Of a DNA stretch of 64,000 nt, positions 51,828 through 60,660 are shown in pieces. The notes beneath the pieces are model-generated. The model was not told the origin of the DNA and did no database searches. It worked only from the letters and a program-made list of their open reading frames with translations. Location of the stretch: contig NZ_DAIQCD010000004.1 of assembly GCF_036780825.1 (NCBI RefSeq), positions 33,412-97,411 on the forward strand, given 5' to 3'. The translations under genes and the position numbers were made by a program. Within the stretch, counting starts at the first letter, position 1; each line of letters starts with the position of its first letter. The stretch comes from Hyphomicrobium sp. (GTDB lineage: Bacteria > Pseudomonadota > Alphaproteobacteria > Rhizobiales > Hyphomicrobiaceae).

Positions 51828-52769
51828 CTAATGCGTGACGGCCAGCGCCTCAAGCTGCGTGGGCGCCATTAACGCGAAGGCCGAACGCATCTCGCGTGCT
51901 TCTTCGCCCGGGGAACGGCCAAAGAGCCGCCTGAACTCACGGTTAAACTGCGAAGCGCTTTCATAGCCCACCCGCGCCGCCGCCGCCGCTGCCGTCAGAT
52001 TGTCACGGATCATCATCAGCCGCGCCTGATGCAGACGCACGGATTTGATGTACTGAATGGGCGAGGTCGCAGCGACCGCCTTGAAATGCGCGTGAAAGGC
52101 CGGGACGCTCAGCCCTGCCTCGCCCGCCAACGTCGCCACATCCAGCGACTGGCCGTAGTCGTTGTGGATGCGCCGCAGCGCCCGCGCGATGCGCCCGAAA
52201 TTACCATGACTTGCCAAAGCTGCGCGGATGGCCCCGCCCTGCGGCCCAATCAGCACCCGAAAACACAGCTCGCGCATGATTGCTGGCCCCAGTACCCGCG
52301 CCTCAAGCGGCGATTGCAGGGCGCGTAGCAGTCGCAAGGTGGTATCGGCCAGCGTGGCATCGAGCGGCGTCGAGAGGATCCCCACGGGCGTGGCAGGCGG
52401 CACCGAGGCGCTCTGATCGACCTCGATCACCAGATCGGCCAGCGCCGTCATGTCGAGCCGGACCGATACGGCCAGCAGCGGCTCCTCCGGGCTCGCCTCG
52501 GTTTCGGTCGAAAACGGCAGCGGCACCGAGAGCACCAGATAATGCTGCGCATCATAATGATAGACCTGATCCGCCAGATAGCCGCGTTTGTGGCCCTGAC
52601 AGACGATGACGATGCTCGGCTCATAAAGCACCGGCGTGCGTCCCAAAGGGTGATCGGTGCGCATCAGCCGCACCCCGTCCAGCGCGGTTCTGGTGTGGCC
52701 CTCATGCGGGGCCAGTTGCTGAATCAGGGCGATCATCTCCTGCTGTAGCATTGGGTCGGGTGCATGCAT
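51828..52769 (-). CDS. AraC family regulator (AraC_N/YqhC-like)
   Basis: LYEPSIVIVCQGHK, SVPAFHAHFK..TSPIQYIK..RL, VGYESASQFNREFRRLFG. Confidence 0.93.
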   Translation of the reverse strand: MHAPDPMLQQEMIALIQQLAPHEGHTRTALDGVRLMRTDHPLGRTPVLYEPSIVIVCQGHKRGYLADQVYHYDAQHYLVLSVPLPFSTETEASPEEPLLAVSVRLDMTALADLVIEVDQSASVPPATPVGILSTPLDATLADTTLRLLRALQSPLEARVLGPAIMRELCFRVLIGPQGGAIRAALASHGNFGRIARALRRIHNDYGQSLDVATLAGEAGLSVPAFHAHFKAVAATSPIQYIKSVRLHQARLMMIRDNLTAAAAAARVGYESASQFNREFRRLFGRSPGEEAREMRSAFALMAPTQLEALAVTH

Positions 52770-52972
52770 GCTGCACGGTCCTGAAAATTTAAGTTCAAGA
52801 TGAACATGGCATATTATATGCGTTTCAATCTATGAATTTATGAATACCAAATAGGATTAGGCAATTATGAAATAGCCCTCGGCCTAGTCCGGCCTTCTAT
52901 CGCTCCTTAGGTTCCCACCATCGCAACACCGACCCCAGGCGGGCGCATCGCAGTGAACGAACGGAGCCTTCC

Positions 52973-53827
52973 ATGCAAAACATCTCTCCCAAAAACATCT
53001 GGTTCATCACCGGGGCCGCACGCGGCATCGGCCTGTCGCTGGCCCGTCAGGTTCTGGCGCGGGGCGATGCCGTCGCCGCCACATCGCGCAATCTTGCCAG
53101 CCTGCGCAATGCGCTTGGCGAAGACAGCGCGCAGTTTCTGGCGCTCGCGGTCGATCTGGCCGATGATGCCAGCACCAAGGCCGCCATTGAGCGCACCATC
53201 GCCCATTTCGGCCGCATCGACCGCGTGGTGAACAACGCAGGCTACGGCCAGCAGGGCGCGATCGAGGCGCTGTCGGATGCCGAGCTGCGGCGCAATTTCG
53301 ACGTCAACGTCTTCGCCCCGCTCAACGTGCTGCGCCATGCGCTGCCGCATCTGCGCGCCGCCCGTAGCGGGCATATCTTCAACGTCGCATCCATCGTCGG
53401 CTTTCAGGGCGGTTATGCGGGTTGGGGCAGCTATGTCGCCAGCAAATTCGCGCTGGCCGGTCTGACCGAAAGCCTGCGCGCCGAGGTGGCAGAACTGGGG
53501 ATCAAGGCCACGGTGGTTTACCCCGGCCCCGTCCGCACCGGCTTCCTGTCGAAGGACAGCCTCGTCGTCGCCGAACGCGCGATTGCCGATTATACCGAGG
53601 CGCAGGCCTCGCTCGACCTGCATCTGAATGCGCTGGATGGCAAGCAGGCTGGCGACCCGGAAAAGGTGGCGGCACTGATTATTGAGGCCTCAAAGGTTGC
53701 CGAGCCGCCTTTGCACCTGTTTGCAGGCAAAATCGCCACCACGCTGGCTGATGAGAAGATGAACGCGGTGAAGACGGATCTCGACGCCTGGCGCACAGCC
53801 TCGGATGCCACTGATTTTGAGGACTGA
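52973..53827 (+). CDS. SDR family oxidoreductase
   Basis: ITGAARGIG, NNAGYG, YVASKF all intact. Confidence 0.93.
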   Translation: MQNISPKNIWFITGAARGIGLSLARQVLARGDAVAATSRNLASLRNALGEDSAQFLALAVDLADDASTKAAIERTIAHFGRIDRVVNNAGYGQQGAIEALSDAELRRNFDVNVFAPLNVLRHALPHLRAARSGHIFNVASIVGFQGGYAGWGSYVASKFALAGLTESLRAEVAELGIKATVVYPGPVRTGFLSKDSLVVAERAIADYTEAQASLDLHLNALDGKQAGDPEKVAALIIEASKVAEPPLHLFAGKIATTLADEKMNAVKTDLDAWRTASDATDFED

Positions 53828-53889
53828 ACCTCAAGCACCGGGCAGGCCCATCCTGTACCTGCCCGGGGCCAACCCTGTGAGAGCTTGCC

Positions 53890-54447
53890 ATGTTCGACGA
53901 AATCCCGCCAGAAAAAGCCTATCGCATTCTCGAATCCGGCCCCATCGTCATGGTCTCCACCCGCTCGCACGCGGGCAAGGCCAATCTGATGACCATGGGC
54001 TTCCACATGATGATCAGCCACGCGCCGCCGCTCGTCGGCGCGGTCATCGGGTCCTGGGATCACAGCCAGAAGGCCCTGCTGGAAACCGGCGAATGCGTGC
54101 TTGCGGTGCCGACCGTTGATCTGGCCGAGACGGTGGTCGATATCGGCAATTGCTCGGGCGATGAAATCGACAAGTTCGATCATTTCGGCCTGACGCCCTT
54201 ACCGGCGCAGACCGTGGGCGCGCCGCTCGTCACAGAATGCTGGGCCAATCTGGAATGCCGCATCGCCGATGATGGCTGGCTAAACCGCTATGACATGGTG
54301 GTGCTGGAAGTGCAGCGCATCTGGGCTGACACCAAGCGCCGCGAAAAGCGGCTGATCCACCATCAGGGTGACGGACGCTTCAGCGTCGATGGCGGAACCA
54401 TCGATCTTGGTGAACGCATGGTCAAATGGCGCTATCTCATGGACTGA
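53890..54447 (+). CDS. Flavin reductase-like FMN-binding protein
   Basis: ANLMTMGFH, IGNCSG..DKF, APLV.EC.ANLEC, HHQG.G.F. Confidence 0.88.
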   Translation: MFDEIPPEKAYRILESGPIVMVSTRSHAGKANLMTMGFHMMISHAPPLVGAVIGSWDHSQKALLETGECVLAVPTVDLAETVVDIGNCSGDEIDKFDHFGLTPLPAQTVGAPLVTECWANLECRIADDGWLNRYDMVVLEVQRIWADTKRREKRLIHHQGDGRFSVDGGTIDLGERMVKWRYLMD

Positions 54448-54504
54448 TCCCGCGGACAGAGATAGCGGAGCCGATACTGCGGCTCAGCGAGGTATCAGTT
54501 CCGC

Positions 54505-54937
54505 CGCCAGGACTGGACATCCATCCCGCCAAACAACATCGGCATCGGCAGTTGAAAGATAAAATACGGATTGATGACCGGCAGTACTCTGGCTGCATCA
54601 AGCCGCGCCCGGTGATCCTCGGACAGATGCAGCGAAAGCGCCGCGAAGTTCGCCGTTAACTGTGCAGGCCGGCTCGCGCCTAAGGACCGCCACGGAAGCG
54701 CTACGGCAGAAATGCGTGAGAGGCCTGCGCGTCACCGAGATTTCGCCTGGCTTCATAGATACGGGTTTTGCAGATGCGGCCATCGACGATCCTGCCGTCA
54801 AGGCAGCCATACTGAAGCGGAAGGAGGAAATGGCCGTCTCTCCTGACGCCATCGCACGGGCCATCGCCTTTGCCGTCGAGCAGCCCGACGATGTCGAGAT
54901 CGGCAGCATCGTCGTGCGTCCTACTGCTCAGGATTGA
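54505..54937 (+). pseudogene. Degraded SDR (YdfG/COG4221-like) gene
   Basis: Intact C-terminus LRVTEISPGFIDT..PDAIARAIAFAVEQPDDVEIGSIVVRPTAQD; upstream relics SAAKFAV and GLDI..NNIGIG are in other frames. Confidence 0.75.
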
Positions 54938-55000
54938 GAAGCGCCAACAGGAACGCCGGCACCGACCTTACGAAATCGGCGTATCGTGCAGCAGTCGTGC

Positions 55001-55444
55001 TCAGCCGGCGTCGTGCACATGCAATGTGGGGGAATCCGGATTTGCCGGCAGCAGCGTATCGAGGGTCACCTCGCCGAACCGCCTGACGAACAGCGCTTCC
55101 GCCTGCGCCATCGTCTCGGAGAGGGCGGCGTTGACGTTCTTTTGAATCATACAATCCGTACGCTCGCTGCGATTACCTATGGCGAACAGGGTCGGGCAAT
55201 TGAGCGCCTGATAGACATCCAGCAATGTGATCTCCGCCAGCGGACGCGCCAGCCGCCAGCCACCACCATGGCCTTTGCCTGAATGGACATGGCCTGCCTC
55301 GCGTAACCCCGCCATCGTCCTGCGGAACACCGCCGGATTGGTTCCCATGCTCTTGGCGAGCATCTCGGAGGTCAGCGGCTCGTCGACCTGCCCCATGTGG
55401 AGCAGGACGTGCAGCACGTCGGAAAGCCTTGTGTCCTTGTTCAT
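55001..55444 (-). CDS. Rrf2 family regulator (non-Fe-S, SaiR/SifR-like)
   Basis: TRLSDVLHVLLH, TNPAVFRR..L..AG.V.S.KG.GGG; C-terminal DCMIQ but no three-Cys cluster motif. Confidence 0.9.
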   Translation of the reverse strand: MNKDTRLSDVLHVLLHMGQVDEPLTSEMLAKSMGTNPAVFRRTMAGLREAGHVHSGKGHGGGWRLARPLAEITLLDVYQALNCPTLFAIGNRSERTDCMIQKNVNAALSETMAQAEALFVRRFGEVTLDTLLPANPDSPTLHVHDAG

Positions 55445-55497
55445 CCGTATTTCCGTTTGCGAGCTTTCAGGCCGCAGACCGGCCTGATCCGGAGTTC

Positions 55498-55556
55498 ATG
55501 TATCTGTTCTTGATACGTAAGGCGGCACTGGTTATATGTATCTTCGTCTGATACAT
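55498..55556. promoter_or_regulatory. Two tandem ATGTATC-N7-GATACRT operators in the Rrf2/MFS divergent promoter
   Basis: 55498-55518 ATGTATC-TGTTCTT-GATACGT; 55536-55556 ATGTATC-TTCGTCT-GATACAT (perfect). Confidence 0.8.
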
Positions 55557-55570
55557 GATCCGGTGCCCAA

Positions 55571-57166
55571 ATGTCCAGCTTTGACAGTTCGACTTCGCCT
55601 GAAGACGCCATTCTTCTTCATGGTGATTCCTTGCCCGACCCTACGGTCCACGATCCCGCGCGACGCCGCAGCATCCTGATCACGGTCTGCATCGCGCTGA
55701 TGGCGGTCATCGCCGCCGTGACCGGCCTCAATGTCGCGCAGCCGCATCTGGCGCTCGATCTCGGGGCCAGCCAGAGCCAGGTGCTCTGGATGATCAATCT
55801 CTATGCGATCAGCCTTGCCTCGCTGCTGCTGCCGCTGGGCGCGGTGGGAGACCGCTGGGGCCGCAAGCCGGTGCTGCTGATCGGCCTTGCGGTTTTCGGG
55901 GTCGCCAATATTGGCTCGGCTCTTGCCCCGAGCGTCGAGGTGATGCTCGGCGCACGCTTCCTGAGCGGCGTCGGCGCGGCGATGATCATGCCGGTGACGC
56001 TCTCGGTCATTACCTCGGCCTTTCCCGACGAGGAACGATCGAAGGCCATCGGCATCTGGACCGGCGTGGCCGGCGCGGGCGGCATCCTCGGCATGTTCCT
56101 TTCCGCCGTGCTGGTCGATTTCCTGTCCTGGCGCTGGCTGTTCGCGCTTCCTGTCGTACTGGTAGCAGTTGCCGCGGTCATGGCTTTGCGTGCCGTTCCC
56201 AATTCGCGCCAGTCCTCGGAACATCGGTTCGATACGGTCGGCTCTGTCCTGTCGCTTCTCGCCATCATGGGCGCGAGTTTTGTTCTGCATGAAGGCCCGG
56301 CGATTGGTTGGACAGCGGCTCCGACGCTGTTTGGCTTTGCGGTCAGCATCGCCGCCTTCATCGCTTTCGTCTGGTGGGAACTGCGCCATCCCGACCCGTT
56401 GCTTGATATCAGGCTGTTCAGGAAACGCAGTCTGACCAGTGGCTCGGTCTCTCTGACGACCTGGTTCGGCGTGCAGGCCGGCGTATTCATCGTCCTCTAT
56501 CCATTCTTCCAGGCGGTCCTCGGGTGGTCGGGCCTGCGCGCCACGCTGGGCCTCATGCCCATGGCGTTGCTGATGATGGTTTTTTCCGGGGTCGCGCCGC
56601 TTCTGTCCGCACGAATCGGCCCGAAGACGACGATCGCCGGGGGCGTGCTGCTGGGTGCGACGGGGCTGGCACTGATGTCGCTCCTTGTGTCGGTCGATGG
56701 CGGATACCTCTCGGTTCTGCCGGGCATGGTCGCGATGGGCATCGGCATGGGATTGGCCATGGCGCCCTCGACGGAAGCGATCACGTCCTCCCTGCCACGC
56801 GATCAGCAGGGTGTCGCGTCGGCGCTCAACGATGTCACGCGCGAGTTGGGAACATCACTTGGGGTCGCTCTGCTCGGCGCGGTGTTCGCCGCAGGCTACA
56901 CAAGCGCGATCGCTCCGCGACTGGCCGGATTTCCCGGCGATGCAGCCAGACTGGCGGGACAAAACATTGCCAACGCAATGGCCCTCGCGGACGGCGGGTT
57001 GCCTTACGCGGATAGCCTCTACAGGGCCGCGCAGGAAGCTTTCGTCGAAAGCTGGCAGCAGGCGATGTGGGTCGGCGTCGGTGTGATGGCGCTGCTTTTC
57101 CTTTTTATCGTCCTGCGCGGCCCTGAGCGGCCTGCGTCAACCGAATCCACTTCCGCAAAAGCCTGA
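55571..57166 (+). CDS. MFS DHA2 (14-TMS) exporter
   Basis: WMINLY..L.PLGAVGDRWGRK, RFLSGVG, SALNDVTRELG. Confidence 0.93.
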   Translation: MSSFDSSTSPEDAILLHGDSLPDPTVHDPARRRSILITVCIALMAVIAAVTGLNVAQPHLALDLGASQSQVLWMINLYAISLASLLLPLGAVGDRWGRKPVLLIGLAVFGVANIGSALAPSVEVMLGARFLSGVGAAMIMPVTLSVITSAFPDEERSKAIGIWTGVAGAGGILGMFLSAVLVDFLSWRWLFALPVVLVAVAAVMALRAVPNSRQSSEHRFDTVGSVLSLLAIMGASFVLHEGPAIGWTAAPTLFGFAVSIAAFIAFVWWELRHPDPLLDIRLFRKRSLTSGSVSLTTWFGVQAGVFIVLYPFFQAVLGWSGLRATLGLMPMALLMMVFSGVAPLLSARIGPKTTIAGGVLLGATGLALMSLLVSVDGGYLSVLPGMVAMGIGMGLAMAPSTEAITSSLPRDQQGVASALNDVTRELGTSLGVALLGAVFAAGYTSAIAPRLAGFPGDAARLAGQNIANAMALADGGLPYADSLYRAAQEAFVESWQQAMWVGVGVMALLFLFIVLRGPERPASTESTSAKA

Positions 57167-57181
57167 TGCGGGGAGAATTTC

Positions 57182-58087
57182 ATGCACTATGATGCGATCA
57201 TCATCGGCGGCAGCTTCGCCGGCCTTTCCGCTGCCATGTATCTTGCCCGCGCCCGCAAATCCGTCTGCGTTCTCGATACGGGTGAGCCGCGCAATCGCTT
57301 CGCCGCCGCATCGCACGGCTTATTTGCGCAGGATGGGAGCGATCCCAAACTCATGCTTGACACGATGCGCCAGCAGGTTGGCGCCTATCCGACCGTACGC
57401 TTTTTCAACGATGCCGCCGTCGAGGCACAGAAGGCAGACGGTTCGTTCTCCGTGACCTTGCAGAGCGGGGCGACCATCGCCGGAAAGCGCCTGCTGCTCG
57501 CCTTCGGCGTCTCAGACATTCTTCCCGAGATGCCGGGGCTAGCCGAACGCTGGGGCGCATCCGTCATTCATTGCCCCTATTGCCACGGCTACGAGTTCAG
57601 CGACCGCCTGCTCGGCGTGCTGAACGTCTCGCCAATGTCCTACCATCAGGCGATGCTGATCGCAGACTGGGGCCCGGCGACCTTCTACCTGGACGGCGGC
57701 GAGCTGGAGGCAGCGGCCAGCGAAGCGCTTTCCCGGCGCGGTGTGCGCATCGAGCCGGCGCGTGTCGAACATGTGACGGGTGACGGATCCAACCTTTCGG
57801 CAATCCACCTTTCGGATGGCAGCACGCAGCCCATCGATGCTCTGTTCATCAGTCCACGCAATCGTCTCAACAGCGAGATTGCCGGGACGCTGGGCTGCGA
57901 TATCGATCATGGGCCACTCGGCTCAACCGTGAAGGTCGACCAGATGCAGATGACCAGCGTTCCCGACGTGTATGCCGCCGGCGACATTACCCGCATGGCG
58001 CACAACGTCACCTTCGCCTGCGCCGACGGGGTCATGGCGGCAATGGCGATCCATCGCTCCCTTGTGTTCGGGGGTGACAAGCAATGA
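57182..58087 (+). CDS. TrxB-like FAD oxidoreductase (GliT/HlmI-like dithiol oxidase group)
   Basis: IIGGSFAGLSAA, HCPYCHGYE, VYAAGD; the canonical NADPH GxGxxA motif is absent. Confidence 0.85.
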   Translation: MHYDAIIIGGSFAGLSAAMYLARARKSVCVLDTGEPRNRFAAASHGLFAQDGSDPKLMLDTMRQQVGAYPTVRFFNDAAVEAQKADGSFSVTLQSGATIAGKRLLLAFGVSDILPEMPGLAERWGASVIHCPYCHGYEFSDRLLGVLNVSPMSYHQAMLIADWGPATFYLDGGELEAAASEALSRRGVRIEPARVEHVTGDGSNLSAIHLSDGSTQPIDALFISPRNRLNSEIAGTLGCDIDHGPLGSTVKVDQMQMTSVPDVYAAGDITRMAHNVTFACADGVMAAMAIHRSLVFGGDKQ

Positions 58088-58764
58088 ACGACAATCTCAC
58101 GCCGTTCCTGAACCCGACCTCTGTCGCATCTTACGCCGAGGAAACTTTGAAGAAAGTCCCCGGCCTCACCGACCTGCACCGCATGACCGAGCTGCTTCTC
58201 GCCGAGCACGCGCCGGACGCAGCGCGCATCCTCGTGGTCGGCGCCGGCGGCGGGCTGGAACTGAAGGCGATGGCGCAAGTGCGACCGGAATGGCGCTTCA
58301 CCGGCGTCGATCCGTCACCTGCCATGCTGGACCTCGCACACAAAGCCGTCTCGCCGTTCGCTGGCCGCATGGACCTGAGTGCCGGAACTGTGGATGAGGC
58401 ACCGCCCGGTCCATACGACGGCGCGACATGTCTTCTCACGCTTCACTTTCTCGACAGGGATGAAAGGCTGAAGACGCTGCGGGAAATCCGTCATCGCCTG
58501 AAACCCGGCAGCGCCGTCGTCGTCGCTCATCACACCGCGCCGGACGCCGCCTCGGAGCGATGGCTCGCTCGCTCGGCTCTCTTCGCCGACCGGGACGGGT
58601 CCGATCCGGCAAAGGCCGCCGCTTCCGCAGCTATTATGGCACAGCGTCTGCCCCTCCTGACGCCTGACGACGAGGAGACGCTTCTGCTGGAAGCAGGTTT
58701 TGTGGACCCGGCGCTGTTCTATGCCGCGTTTTCGTTCCGCGGCTGGGTCGCGATCGCCGGCTGA
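58084..58764 (+). CDS. Class I SAM-dependent methyltransferase
   Basis: ILVVGAGGGLE, FTGVDPSPAML, YDGATCLLTLHF; ATGA coupling with the oxidoreductase. Confidence 0.9.
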   Translation: MNDNLTPFLNPTSVASYAEETLKKVPGLTDLHRMTELLLAEHAPDAARILVVGAGGGLELKAMAQVRPEWRFTGVDPSPAMLDLAHKAVSPFAGRMDLSAGTVDEAPPGPYDGATCLLTLHFLDRDERLKTLREIRHRLKPGSAVVVAHHTAPDAASERWLARSALFADRDGSDPAKAAASAAIMAQRLPLLTPDDEETLLLEAGFVDPALFYAAFSFRGWVAIAG

Positions 58765-58802
58765 GTGGTGGGTTTGCCTGACCGGACATAGGAGCCGACA
58801 TA

Positions 58803-59771
58803 TTGGCCATCAAACTCTACAATTTTGCCTTCGGGCCTTATCCGCAAAGGCTCAACATCTACCTGGCCGAGAAAAAGCCAACCAATGTTGAGGTCACCCT
58901 GTTCGACGAGCCGGACAGACGGGCCGATGTCCCGCCGGCAGCGATCACGGCGCTTACTGTGACCGGGTCGATGCCTATCCTCAAAGATGAGGACGGCACG
59001 GTCATTGGTCAGTCGCTGGCGATCCTCGAATATCTCGAGGACAAGGCCTTCGGTCCCGACATGTTGGGAGCAATGCCTGCTGCGCGGGCGCGCACCCGGC
59101 AATTCGTGCATATGCTCGATGAAGCGCTGACGTTCTTCGGCCTATGGGGGCGTCATGGCAGTCCGCTCGGCCATGGCATCGTGCGGACCAGTCAGGACGT
59201 CGCCGAAATCTGCGCTATCAGGTATTTCGGGCAACTGCGTCTTATCGAGAAAATGATTGGCGGCACTGAGTTCATCGCAGGAGATCGGATAACCGTGGCC
59301 GACTGCGTTGCCATGGCGACCCTGCAATATGCGGCAGACTTCTACGCGGTACCGGTTCCACCGGAATGCATCAAACTACAGACGTGGTTCGAACATTTCT
59401 CCACGCGACCGAGCGCCGCTCGGCCCGGATACCCCGAGGATAAGCTTGCACGGGCGCAGGGCCTGGCCGCCTACTCGCTCAGCAGGCGCAGCAACCCTGA
59501 TGACGCGATTGCCGATCTGCGCTGCCGCGAAGGTACGATCATGAAGCGAATAGGTTTCTATTTCCGCGATGGCAGCCGGACTTGTTCGCCCCCCGTGCCG
59601 GACGCAGTCGCTGAATGGGCTGCCGAAAAAGAATATGATGTCGTAGTGTGGACAGGGCTGCCCAGCAACTTCAAGGATAAGACTGGCAAAGAGTTCTCAG
59701 TCGCAGAGGCAATTAGTCACCTCCAATCGCTGACTAAAGACGGCAAGTCTATGGCCGCAACTTATGTTTGA
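58803..59771 (+). CDS. Glutathione S-transferase (about aa 1-221) fused in frame to the 3' remnant of an unrelated gene
   Basis: LYNFAFGPYPQRL, SMPILKDEDG..QSLAILEYLE, ITVADC; after ..AQGL the sequence switches to AAYSLSRRS..DLRCREGT..VVWTGLPSNF. Confidence 0.75.
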   Translation: MAIKLYNFAFGPYPQRLNIYLAEKKPTNVEVTLFDEPDRRADVPPAAITALTVTGSMPILKDEDGTVIGQSLAILEYLEDKAFGPDMLGAMPAARARTRQFVHMLDEALTFFGLWGRHGSPLGHGIVRTSQDVAEICAIRYFGQLRLIEKMIGGTEFIAGDRITVADCVAMATLQYAADFYAVPVPPECIKLQTWFEHFSTRPSAARPGYPEDKLARAQGLAAYSLSRRSNPDDAIADLRCREGTIMKRIGFYFRDGSRTCSPPVPDAVAEWAAEKEYDVVVWTGLPSNFKDKTGKEFSVAEAISHLQSLTKDGKSMAATYV

Positions 59772-59903
59772 AGCGCACCGGATCTAATCCGAACGCCTCT
59801 AAGGAATGCCTTACAAGTCGAGCCATGGTTTGCCGCGTTTGCAACCGCCGGGGATGCAGCACATACCAATGCATCCGTAGGCGACGGTGAGCCGCCCATC
59901 TAG
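59466..59903 (+). pseudogene. 3' remnant of an uncharacterised gene (possibly GGCT-like) with an internal TGA at 59769
   Basis: The frame continues past TGA as SAPDLIRTPLRNALQVEPWF.. to TAG 59901-59903, which overlaps the qatD stop in one CTAG. Confidence 0.6.
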
Positions 59904-60652
59904 CTCCGCTCGGCAAGTAGGTCTTTGAGGTTATTCAGAATGGCTGCGGACATGTCTCTTACTGAAATCCCATGCAGACGCGCCAATCCCTCGACAGCGA
60001 CCCAAACATCGCTTGGTGTGGAAGGATTACCGCTAGTTTGTGTGAACGGTCCGTCCGTCTCTGTCAAAATGCGATCGAGAGGCAAAGATTTGGTTATTGC
60101 CGCCCGCTTTTCATTTACGAGCATCTCGGCGTTCACTGAAAAATAGCAGCCGAGATCTACCGCCCGCTTTGCCTCTTTCGCGGTACCGGTGAACCAATGA
60201 AGCACAACGCGTCCACGCTGGGGCGGCATGTATTGCTCGACCATATCGAGCACGGCTTTCGTCGCTCTGACGCTATGCGTCGTGACGATCTTGTTCCCCG
60301 CCGCCGCACAGAGCGTCAGCACACGAGCGAAAATCTCTTTTTGCGTCTCAAACGACCTGTAGAACCGCGGGCCGGCGTCCAGTCCGACCTCGCCAACATA
60401 GCGTGTTAGCGGAAGCAATTCCTCCCACAGCCCGATCTCGCGGGCGCGCTCGCCGACCAGTTGAGGATGCAGGCCGAGAGCCGCGCGAACGTGACGGGTG
60501 GCGGACGCCAGTTCATGGTTCCGCGGCCAAGCTCTAGGCGTGGTGGTCACGGCGAGGGTGAAAACGCCATCGCTCTCGCAACGCTCCACCGCGGCCACGT
60601 GGTCCGGGTAGAGATCGAGGTGGCAATGAAAATCAACGAGACTTGATCGCAT
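59900..60652 (-). CDS. qatD: Qat system TatD-family nuclease
   Basis: DFHCHLDLY, LGLHPQL, VGEVGLD, HSVRA, HWFTG, LTETDGPF. Confidence 0.92.
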   Translation of the reverse strand: MRSSLVDFHCHLDLYPDHVAAVERCESDGVFTLAVTTTPRAWPRNHELASATRHVRAALGLHPQLVGERAREIGLWEELLPLTRYVGEVGLDAGPRFYRSFETQKEIFARVLTLCAAAGNKIVTTHSVRATKAVLDMVEQYMPPQRGRVVLHWFTGTAKEAKRAVDLGCYFSVNAEMLVNEKRAAITKSLPLDRILTETDGPFTQTSGNPSTPSDVWVAVEGLARLHGISVRDMSAAILNNLKDLLAERS

Positions 60653-60660
60653 GATGCCTC

